From Desulfatiglandales bacterium (GTDB taxonomy: Bacteria > Desulfobacterota > DSM-4660 > Desulfatiglandales > Desulfatiglandaceae): 64,000 nt of DNA. Location: the NCBI GenBank assembly GCA_963662465.1, contig OY759599.1, forward strand, positions 3,936,001-4,000,000. Direction: 5' to 3'. Below the pieces are notes generated by a model that did no database searches, was not told the origin of the DNA, and saw only the letters and a program-made list of their open reading frames with translations. The position numbers were made by a program, and so were the translations under genes. Below, one piece after another: positions 33,143-41,756 of this stretch; the stretch's first letter is position 1; each line of letters starts with the position of its first letter.

Positions 33143-33254
33143 GGTTTTTCTCCTTTCAGGGCCTCTTCAACAATTGAAGTATCTATTCCAGAACATCCAG
33201 TGCATGTACCCCTCTATTTTTTAACCGCCAAGACCTTGACCGGCGGCCCGGCAC

Positions 33255-33346
33255 AAAAAAAACCCCGGCGCTTTCACAAGCGCACGGGGTATTATGAGAT
33301 AGGTTTTAAAGGATCTTCTCTTACCATTGAAAGGTAAGAGAGAGAG
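33255..33346 (-). ncRNA. Candidate sigma54-dependent sRNA / attenuated leader, copy 1
   Basis: Follows the -24/-12 box; (CU)n 5' end, UCUCUUACC/GGUAAGAGA hairpin, terminator CCCCG..CGGGG-U8. Confidence 0.45.
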
Positions 33347-33357
33347 AGAGAGAGAGA

Positions 33358-33373
33358 AGCAAGGCTTGTGCCA
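33358..33373 (-). promoter_or_regulatory. Sigma54 promoter
   Basis: TGGCAC-AAGCC-TTGCT, followed by (CT)10 at 33356-33337. Confidence 0.8.
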
Positions 33374-33669
33374 TCAAACTATGGAACATGGCGGTACTCC
33401 TAAGGCGGCAAGCCGCAGTTTTAGGTTTTAAGTTTTACGTTTTCCTACCAATGAATTTCTGTTGTTATATTGATCATCTTGTTTTTTTTTCGAAGCATTC
33501 AATCTGTAAGTCACTAATAAATGCTCGCTTGATCGGAATGTATCCTCAGTTATCCATTCTTTCCGCAAACCTGTTTTTTGTCAACCCTAAAGCAGTCGTT
33601 GGTGAGCAACATCTTTTATCCCGTTAATCCCATTGGAAGCGTGATTTATCCTGTCAAAGTATTGAGTCT

Positions 33670-33958
33670 GTTTGAGAATCATGATGTGCCTGTTCCCGTT
33701 TCTGTTTGTTTAACCGGGGCAAGAGACTTTTTGGGAATGTCATGGTCATCCCACAGATGCCTCGGTCCTTTGCGCTTTTGCCGACAGTTTCTCCTCCGCC
33801 CAATTCCGAATTTCTTCCAAACTCTCGGCCTCAAAAAACCTCTCTCCCATGGTCTCCCGTTCTCAAAAAAATCACAACCGGAATCATACGGTCCGTTCCC
33901 ATCAATTCCGCCAGATCCAAACAATAGCGGGCTAACCGGTATATGGAAAACTCGCTGG
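33670..33958 (-). pseudogene. Internally deleted copy of the rpn gene and its downstream region
   Basis: 33670-33848 matches 20801-20979; 33849-33958 matches about 21471-21580. Confidence 0.8.
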
Positions 33959-34439
33959 CTGGTGAAGATTAGATCTGCCATCCTTTTCTATGCTTACACC
34001 AAAAAAAAAGGCCCCAAGCAGTTGCTTTTTCCAGACCTCCGAGCTCCAGATCTGACAGAATATTCATATAGGAAACGTGGAATCGGATGATGATCGGCGA
34101 GAGGGCGACCACAAGACGTAGTGGCATCTGAGAATGAGAGAAACGGCAAATTCAAAGATGCCCAGAGGAGATACCGAGCTTATATCCCCAACTTTCAACC
34201 GCCTGATATACGTTATTGCAGGTTTCTCCAAAAATATGGGAACCACAATATCCGGTATGACCGCCCTATATTGGAAAAACGTTGTTTTCGGGTTTGAGAG
34301 CCGCTTAGTAACCGAGGACTTACTCTCTTACAACGGAAGGCTGCCAGAGGTATTGTTCTGTGGGATTAAAATCGTTTGACGGAACAGTTATATAGGAATC
34401 GTTCATCCGTCCTCAAAAAAATCAGGCCGATTCTTTTGA

Positions 34440-36925
34440 TTATTTCTCATCCAAAACCTCTCGAATCGATGAAGCCAGGTTCCGTAAGTCTATGGGCTTC
34501 TCAATGTATTTGCTTACACCGAGGACTTCCGCCTTTTCTGCCGACATCCTCTCGCTGAAGCCGGTACAGATGATCACCGGTGTTTTCGGTCGAATTTTTA
34601 GAACTTCTGCTGCCAGCCTGTCTCCGGTCATTCGAGGCATGGTCATATCAGTGATGATGACATCAAATTGATCTGGATCGATTTTGAACCATTCCAGGGC
34701 CTCCACAGGTTTTGTGGTGCTTTTGATCTGATAGCCCAACCGCTCCAACCGCTGGCGGTTCAGGTTCACCAGGGACTCTTCGTCATCCACAAAGAGGATT
34801 CTTTCAGAACCCCCTCTGATTTCTCCCTCGGGCTCTTTTTCTTGCTCAGCAGTCTCTTCCAATGCGGGGAAATAGATCTCAAAGACCGTTCCCTTTCCAG
34901 GCTCACTCTCAACCCTGATGCCACCACCATTTCTCTTCACAATACCGTGAACCACCGAAAGGCCCATTCCCGTACCCTTGCCAACCTCCTTGGTAGTGAA
35001 ATAAGGGTCAAAGACTCGGTCTATGATTTTGCTCTGGATACCTTCCCCCGTGTCGCTTATTTTCAACCTGACGTAGGCGCCTGGGGATAAAGCCCAATTA
35101 AAACATGCTATTTCTTTCTGAAGGATAATCTTTTCAAGGATCACTTCCAGGAGTCCCCCTTCTTCGGACATGGCATCGGCCGCATTGGTTACCAGATTCA
35201 TTACTATCTGATTGATTTGGGTGGCATCACCCAGAACGTTACATGGATCATCAGAAATGTGCTCTTTGAACGCCACGCTGGTGGGAACGACAGATCTGAG
35301 CATTTTCATGGATTCCTTCAGGATGGGAGCCATATCTAAAGGCTTGCTCTTTTCGTCGCTCTTGCGGCTGAAAGCTAACAATTGCCGGACCATATCTTTT
35401 GCCCTGATAGAAGCCTTACGGATTTCCTTTAAAGACCCGCTTACGGGGTTCGTGTCAGGAACGTCATCAGCAGCCAGTTCCGCATTTCCGAGGATAATGG
35501 CCAGAATATTGTTGAAGTCATGGGCAATACCCCCTGCCAAGGTCCCGACGGCTTCCATTTTCCGGGATTGCAGGAGTTGCGCCTCAAGTTGCCTTTTTTC
35601 AGTTATATCAATCCAGTTGCATACCACATTCGTTAACGCACCTTCCGGATCGTGAATCGGGAACATGTTCACTTGGATACTGACGGACTTGGAACCTTTC
35701 AAATCCATCGTCGGAATATCCTCTCCATTCCAATCGGCAGTAAAATTGATGGTTTTACCTTCCTCATATACAGTACGAATAAGCGTCATCAAACCCTGTT
35801 TTTCGGCAAGCGGATCTTTAAGCATGTTGTATTTACCAACCAATTGATCATCCGTTAAATTCAGGAGTCTCTTCAAAGCAGGGTTTACGTGCTGTAAGGT
35901 TCCTTCTGGATCCGATATCCAAATTGCAAAGGGGCTTTGATCAATAATACGATAAAAGAATTTTTCCCTCGCTTGTAGCGCTTCCTCCGCTTGTTTGCGA
36001 TCGGTGATGTCCTGAGTAAAGCCAGTTCCGCGAATACATTTCCCAAGTTTATCAAAATGCAGTTCGGCTTTTTCCCTGACCCATTTAATGTCGCCATCAA
36101 CCAGCAAGCGATGTTCTATATCATAGGGCTTTTTGTCAAATGCAGCTTTCCATTCTTTATCGACGTATTCTCTGTCATCAGGATGAACGCAATTCAGGAA
36201 AGTTTCATAAGTGAGCTCCGTTCCGGTGGGAAGCCCAAATATCCTGTAATTCTCATCCGTCCACAGTAGTTCATTTTTCTCAATATCTAATTCCCATGTG
36301 CCGATGTGCCCGATCTCTTGCGCTTTCTGAAGGAAGTCTTTCTGCGTCAGCAAGGCTTTTTCAATCTCTATTCGGTCGGTTACATCATGGATGATAGAAT
36401 AAAGTATGGTTTTCTCTCCCAAATTTACAGGACCGGAATAAACTTCAACATTCCGTATCTCTCCTGACGCCAATCGATGAGGAAAGTTAAAATATAATCG
36501 CTTTTCACTCTTAGCATTTTGCATCTCTGAATGGATTTCCTCTAGCGGCAAAGCATTGATATCCGAAATTTTCAAGGTCTCCAGTTCTCTCTTGGAATAC
36601 CCATAATAATTGCACGCAGCCCCATTGGCCTCTAAAATGGCGCCACTTTCGGGATCGATCATCAGTTTTACTGCCATATTCGTCTCAAATACTTGCCGAT
36701 ATTTTATTTCGCTCTCCTTCAAATCTTCTTTTATTCTCCGCCTTTTCTTAATTTCATTTTCAAGCAGTTCTAAAGAGGTGGTCGTCTGTTGAAGCTTACT
36801 TGCCATATTATTGAATGACTTGGCCAAATTGCCAAATTCATCCTTTCTGCTCATAACGATTCTGTATCTAAAATCTCCTTTTCCAACCTTTTCCGTAGCC
36901 TTGTTGAGTATTGCAATGGGTTCAG
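34440..36925 (-). pseudogene. HAMP-PAS3 hybrid histidine kinase whose 5' end is missing at the IS21-like element boundary
   Basis: Starts inside HAMP (PIAILNKATEKVGKGDF...DEFGNLAKSFNNM); the ORF extends only into the element's inverted repeat (ORF-track start 36986 lies inside the element). Confidence 0.8.
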
Positions 36926-37175
36926 CTTCAACGCTAATCAAAACTGAACCAAGTTTGCTAATGGAAATTGAACCATTGGCTGTCACCGCCGGTGAGTACG
37001 GCCCTCAGGTATAGCGGACGATGAGGGATCCATAAGTGGCGGCAAAGGAGTCGTTGATGTAGATTTACTTTTCAATAAATTTTTATAAAATCTATTTTCT
37101 TTGGATTTGGTTTTCTTCTTCCAAGACAGAGGCTTGGTTAAGTGGAAATGCGATTTACTTTGTAGAATGGATGGT

Positions 37176-37211
37176 GAAGGCCCGAAGTAGCCGCTTCGGG
37201 CCTTCTTTTTT
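37176..37211 (+). terminator. Perfect 12-bp hairpin plus U-tract in the leader of the element's gene run
   Basis: GAAGGCCCGAAG-TAGCCG-CTTCGGGCCTTC-TTTTT. Confidence 0.6.
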
Positions 37212-37287
37212 GACCACCGGATAGAGCCGGAAGCCACACACACGCCAATTTTATATAAGTGTGTTTCCGGCCAATTGCAAGGCCGGA

Positions 37288-37704
37288 ATGATGGGAGATG
37301 TCCTTTTAAGAGTGGTTCAATGCCGATGTTGTGGTTGCTTTTTTCACGTCTGTCGGTCGTGTTGGCGTGGCCAGGCCTATTGTGGGGAACGATGTCGCAG
37401 GATACGCCAAAGACAGCTGCACCGGAAAGCTCAGGGGAAATACCGCAATTCGAAAAAAGGGAAAGAGCGCCGTCGTTTGTACGAAAAAACAAAAAAATCC
37501 AAAAAAAATGGACTGAACCCTGGTGATGATAGTTCAACACCTCAAAAAGACTGTGATATTGAACCCAAAAAGCGGTCGGGGAACCGACCCAGCTGTCTTT
37601 TTTGCGGGTCGATCGGGGTTGTTGTGGACCATTTTCCTCGCCGTGCTTATGCAGGGAGGGTTTTTTCAGATGTAACAGGCTTTGAGAAAACCCCATATCC
37701 ATGA
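37288..37704 (+). CDS. Basic Cys-rich (Zn-finger-like) protein
   Basis: CRCCGCFFHVCRSCWRGQAYCGERC, Arg/Lys-rich helix, C-terminal CLFCG. Confidence 0.7.
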   Translation: MMGDVLLRVVQCRCCGCFFHVCRSCWRGQAYCGERCRRIRQRQLHRKAQGKYRNSKKGKERRRLYEKTKKSKKNGLNPGDDSSTPQKDCDIEPKKRSGNRPSCLFCGSIGVVVDHFPRRAYAGRVFSDVTGFEKTPYP

Positions 37705-37716
37705 CAGGAGAAAAAA

Positions 37717-38136
37717 ATGATCAAAAAAAGAGTCCTTTTTCCCGAAAGAGTGCGTGTCATCAATGGAAGCTTCGGCTTTCTGGAGCATCGTTTTTTGAGA
37801 AACGGCTTTTGGGAGAGCCTGAATCATCATGAGCTGCTGCTCTACATTTTTCTGGTGTTGGTATCTGACAAAAACGGGCTCTCTTATTATGGTTACGACA
37901 GAATCTGCCGGATTTTAAAGGTGCATTTGGATCAATATATCGATGCCCGCGATGGCTTGTTGGACAAGGATCTGATTGGGTTTGATGGCCGTCTGTTTCA
38001 GGTTCTTTCGCTTCCCAGACGTCCTGTGATTGTGAAACAGGTAAAGGAGATCCGGCAAGGAAATTGGGTCAGTCTTGGAGAAACCATAGAGGAAATCTTT
38101 CGGGAGACTGGGTATGGAATCCATCCGAACCGTTGA
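37717..38136 (+). CDS. Winged helix-turn-helix-like protein
   Basis: LNHHELLLYIFLVLVSDKNGLSYYGYDRICRIL...ARDGLLDKDLI pattern of replication-initiator-type wHTH; RBS AGGAG. Confidence 0.7.
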   Translation: MIKKRVLFPERVRVINGSFGFLEHRFLRNGFWESLNHHELLLYIFLVLVSDKNGLSYYGYDRICRILKVHLDQYIDARDGLLDKDLIGFDGRLFQVLSLPRRPVIVKQVKEIRQGNWVSLGETIEEIFRETGYGIHPNR

Positions 38137-38998
38137 TATTCATTTGCTGGAGTTGCGTTACGCTCATTGCCGGATAATGAATCACCAGGCTTTAAAGCGA
38201 TTGAGGGATTCCATCGAAACTTACGGGCAGATCGTTCCGGCCCTGGCTATTGAAGAAAAAGACAAACTGATTCTGATTGATGGCTACCTGCGTGTTCGAG
38301 CGCTTTGTGCTTGTGGAAAGGACCGGATATGTGTCCAATTCTCAAAAGAAAACGAACAAAATGCCATGTTTTCGCTTTTAACCAAGGCCAATGAACGGCA
38401 ATGGGAAGTCATTGAGCAGTCTGTTTTACTTCAGGAATTACATCGGCGTTTTGGGTGCAGCCTCTCCCATATTGCAACCCGAATAGGGCGCGACAAGAGT
38501 TTTGTAAAACGGCGGCTGGACCTGGTTGAAGCCCTGCCGGAAAATATTTTGAGAACCGTGATTGCAGGCTCACTTTCAACCTGGGCTGCCAGCCGTGTCA
38601 TGGCGCCGTTGGCGCGCGCCAACGGTGAAGACGCACAAAAACTGTTGGCCCACCTGGAAAAAGAACCTCTATCCACAAGGGAACTGGCCCGTTTCTACGC
38701 ACATTACCAGAAAAGCAACCGGTCTGTTCGAGACCACATGCTGGAAAATCCATCCCTTTTCATAAAAGTTCTCGAACAAAGAACCCAGTCTAAACAAGCC
38801 AAAGAAGTTCATGATGGACCGGAAGGCAAATGGTTCAAGGATATTGAAATGGTATATGCGGTTCTCAAACGTCTGGTGAAAACCGTTTCGCATGTCCATT
38901 ACCCAAAAAGCGATCAGTTGAAGAAACAAACGCTCAAAACCTGGGTGAAAAAGATAGAAAAACAAGCACTGGAACTCAAGAAAGCGACCCAATTATGA
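38114..38998 (+). CDS. ParB/Srx N-terminal domain + HTH protein
   Basis: LRDSIETYGQIVP, LIDGYLRVRAL (arginine-patch variant), SLSHIATRIGRDKSFVKRRLDL HTH. Confidence 0.85.
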   Translation: MESIRTVDIHLLELRYAHCRIMNHQALKRLRDSIETYGQIVPALAIEEKDKLILIDGYLRVRALCACGKDRICVQFSKENEQNAMFSLLTKANERQWEVIEQSVLLQELHRRFGCSLSHIATRIGRDKSFVKRRLDLVEALPENILRTVIAGSLSTWAASRVMAPLARANGEDAQKLLAHLEKEPLSTRELARFYAHYQKSNRSVRDHMLENPSLFIKVLEQRTQSKQAKEVHDGPEGKWFKDIEMVYAVLKRLVKTVSHVHYPKSDQLKKQTLKTWVKKIEKQALELKKATQL

Positions 38999-40377
38999 TC
39001 CGACAATCCAAAAAAGATGCCATTGTGGAATTGAAAAAAACCGGCATGAGTTTGCGCGACATCGCCAAAACCCTGAAGGCCGGTCGCAATACCGTCACGA
39101 AGGTTTTAGATGATCATGACGAAGAGGCGGTACCCCAAAGGAACTCCCGGTATGAAGAACATGTCCCGTTGATCCGCGAGCTTTTCAAGGAATGTAAAGG
39201 AAATGCCGTGCGAGTAGCCGAGGAACTGGAAAGCCGCCAACAGATCAAAATCCCTTATCAGAGTCTGACCTGGATTATGAGAAAGTACGAGATCCGGGAA
39301 CGTAAAAAAAGACGGGCGGGCCAATACCATTTTAAACCCGGTCAGGAGATGCAGCATGATACGTCACCCCATCTGGTTGTCATTAATGGGAAAAAAATGT
39401 CGACCCAGTGCGCGTCCCTGACCCTGGCCTTTTGCCGAAGGATTTTTATTCAGTATTACCCCTGTTTTACCCGGTTTGAGTGCAAGGTTTTCCTAAAAAA
39501 AGCATTCGAGTTTATGGACGGGGTGTGTTCCCGGTGCATGGTTGACAACACCAATGTTATTGTGGCCGGCGGCACCGGGCCTGATGCATTGATTGCGCCT
39601 GAAATGAAATACTTCGGCGATATGTATGGAACCCGGTTTGAGGCCCATGCTGTAGGAGACGCCAATCGAAGTGCCCGTGTGGAAAGGCCTTTTCATTTTG
39701 TGGAAAACAATTTTCTTCCCGGTAGAACATTTGTTAGCTGGCAGGATTTGAACCGGCAGGCAATCGACTGGTGCCGGAATACAAGCGATAAAAAGTTTAA
39801 ACGGGCTTTAGGGATGACGCCGGATGAGGCCTATGTCATTGAAAAGCCATATCTCATTGATTTACCGGCATACCAGCCGCCAGTCTATGTGGCAGAACAC
39901 AGGGTAGCCGATGTTCAGGGATATGTGCACTTGGACACCAACCGCTATTCAGTCCCTGAAGCGCTGATTGGGAACTCCCTGGAAGTACAGAAACATTGGC
40001 TCAAGGTCATCGTTTACGACAAAAACACAAAAGTGGCGGAACATGACCGCATACTGGATAAACGCAACACCCGAACAACCCTGCCCGGTCACCATGTTCC
40101 CATTCGAAGAAAAAAAGATCCCCGAATCCCTTCAAAAGAAGAACAGCTGTTGACGGGAGAGGATGCCATCCTGGATGAGTATGTGGCTGAACTGAAGAAA
40201 AGAAGTCACGGTCGCGGTGTGGTCAAGTTACGTCGGTTGCTTCATCTGAAACGCACTTATCCCGGGGAACCTTTTTTGAAAGCCATAACACAGGCGCTTA
40301 AATATGGACTTTTTGATTTGTCGCGTCTGGAAAACATTATTCTCGATTATATCGCGGGAGACTTTTTTGATCTATGA
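38995..40377 (+). CDS. istA: IS21-family DDE transposase
   Basis: N-terminal HTH, PGQEMQHD, MVDNTN, SARVERPF, DTNRYSVP. Confidence 0.92.
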   Translation: MIRQSKKDAIVELKKTGMSLRDIAKTLKAGRNTVTKVLDDHDEEAVPQRNSRYEEHVPLIRELFKECKGNAVRVAEELESRQQIKIPYQSLTWIMRKYEIRERKKRRAGQYHFKPGQEMQHDTSPHLVVINGKKMSTQCASLTLAFCRRIFIQYYPCFTRFECKVFLKKAFEFMDGVCSRCMVDNTNVIVAGGTGPDALIAPEMKYFGDMYGTRFEAHAVGDANRSARVERPFHFVENNFLPGRTFVSWQDLNRQAIDWCRNTSDKKFKRALGMTPDEAYVIEKPYLIDLPAYQPPVYVAEHRVADVQGYVHLDTNRYSVPEALIGNSLEVQKHWLKVIVYDKNTKVAEHDRILDKRNTRTTLPGHHVPIRRKKDPRIPSKEEQLLTGEDAILDEYVAELKKRSHGRGVVKLRRLLHLKRTYPGEPFLKAITQALKYGLFDLSRLENIILDYIAGDFFDL

Positions 40378-41093
40378 AAAAGAAAATTGAACAGTTACTC
40401 ATTGATTTGAAGTTTAAAGGCATGCTGAAGGCTCTCGAAGAACAGTTGGCTTCGGCTGAAAAGAACGGTTTTTCCATTCACGAGGTCATCTACAATCTCC
40501 TGGCTGAGGAATTACGTTTCCGGCAGGAGCGCAGCATGATCTATCGGGTCCAGATTGCAAAGCTTCCATGGGAATGGACCCTCAACTCCTTTCCGTTTGA
40601 TCTTCAGCCGGGAATACAGAAGAGCCGGATCATGACGTTGTCCGGCCTTGACTTTATCAGCCGAAGAGAAAACATCGTGTTCCATGGAAAAACCGGCGTC
40701 GGCAAAACGGGATTGGCCGTGGGGATCCTTCGTCAAGCCATTATTGCCGGGTACCGGGGGCGTTTTTATAATGTTCAGGATTTGCTGGATCAGCTCTATG
40801 CGTCTTTGGCAGATCGGTCCACCCCGAAACTCCTCAATGCCCTTTGCAGATATGACCTGCTTCTGCTCGATGAACTGGGATACCTGACCCTCAAAAAAGA
40901 GCAGATGAACGCCTTTTTTAAACTCATGAAAGATCGCTATGAAGCCGGTCGGTCCACAATTATTACGACCAATCTTCAACCTGAACAATGGTATTCGCTG
41001 CTTGAACCAAAGGACATGGTCGATGCCTTGCTGGATCGTCTCAACCATCGCTGCATCAACATTCATATTGATGGTCCTTCCCTCAGAAAATGA
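40374..41093 (+). CDS. istB: IS21-family AAA+ ATPase helper
   Basis: GKTGVGKT, LLLLDELGY, STIITTN, DALLDRLNH, DGPSLR. Confidence 0.95.
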   Translation: MKKKIEQLLIDLKFKGMLKALEEQLASAEKNGFSIHEVIYNLLAEELRFRQERSMIYRVQIAKLPWEWTLNSFPFDLQPGIQKSRIMTLSGLDFISRRENIVFHGKTGVGKTGLAVGILRQAIIAGYRGRFYNVQDLLDQLYASLADRSTPKLLNALCRYDLLLLDELGYLTLKKEQMNAFFKLMKDRYEAGRSTIITTNLQPEQWYSLLEPKDMVDALLDRLNHRCINIHIDGPSLRK

Positions 41094-41191
41094 GATGTTC
41101 GCCAAAGGGCCGGTTTTGAGGTCTGAATATCACCGGTCTGTTTGAATCTCGTTACACGAATATCAGAAATTACCTTGTCTTGGAGCTTGAA

Positions 41192-41389
41192 ATGAGAGGT
41201 GGAAAACGGGTAGGCGCCGGCCGAAGAAAGAAACCGGAACATTTGAGACGTGAACTGCTCACCATTCGTCTCCCCAAATGGATGATTCTACAGCTGAAAA
41301 AAAACGGGGAAATTGGATATTTGATTGAGGATCAATTGGCGAAGGGAGGCCTCCTGAATTTACCGGACGACTATGACATAGACAAATAG
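41192..41389 (+). CDS. Small basic DNA-binding-like protein (RGGKRxGAGR + RHH-like)
   Basis: MRGGKRVGAGRRKKP...LTIRLPKW; GGAG upstream; lies inside the element's right end. Confidence 0.55.
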   Translation: MRGGKRVGAGRRKKPEHLRRELLTIRLPKWMILQLKKNGEIGYLIEDQLAKGGLLNLPDDYDIDK

Positions 41390-41756
41390 TTCCTCAATAA
41401 GCATTGCCCTTAACCGAAAAATCTAATCCCCTCTTCTCTGCCATCACCATATTGATGGTATCCTCATCACTGATTCTTCAACCAGAACGCTACGTGTCTC
41501 ACCAGCATTTTTAAAATACCATCTGATATACTCTTTCATGCAACCTCTAACAAATTTACAAGAAAACCCTTCTAAAAGGAAAAGACCAGTGCGCAATATC
41601 TGGTTCCGTTTGGAGTAGCAAAACTGGTTCCATTTTGGTTAGCGCCCAAGGAGTACTTCCATAAATCCTCACCCCAAACCGGCCAAGATCGTGCAAGACT
41701 GCCAGATGAATCTTACATTATTTGCCTTTAATTTGTTGCCAAAAATACCTGCCTGA

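Larger units (their letters stand above)
33055..33785. repeat. Segment duplicated at 45332-45935 (that copy lacks about 33600-33755)
   Basis: Direct sequence match across the cheC 5' end, leader, promoter and upstream region. Confidence 0.85.
36926..41650 (+). mobile_element. IS21-family element carrying Zn-finger, wHTH, ParB-like and RHH-like accessory genes
   Basis: 50-bp imperfect IRs (36926-36975, 41601-41650; 37/50 match by eye), each with two GCTA..AAA..GAACCA units 24 bp apart; encloses istA and istB; no target duplication seen. Confidence 0.85.

Noticed and set aside
34064..34379. Coding-looking stretch downstream of the truncated kinase
   Set aside because: Short open frames only, family not recognisable.
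36983..37702. 239-aa minus-strand ORF inside the element
   Set aside because: Antisense to the Zn-finger gene and leader, with no recognisable motifs.
38114..38998. ParB as evidence of an integrated plasmid, prophage or chromosomal parABS
   Set aside because: No parA, replication, integrase or phage genes nearby; it lies within the IS21 IRs.
41689..41704. TGGCAG-TCT-TGCA as a sigma54 site
   Set aside because: -24/-12 spacing is wrong.
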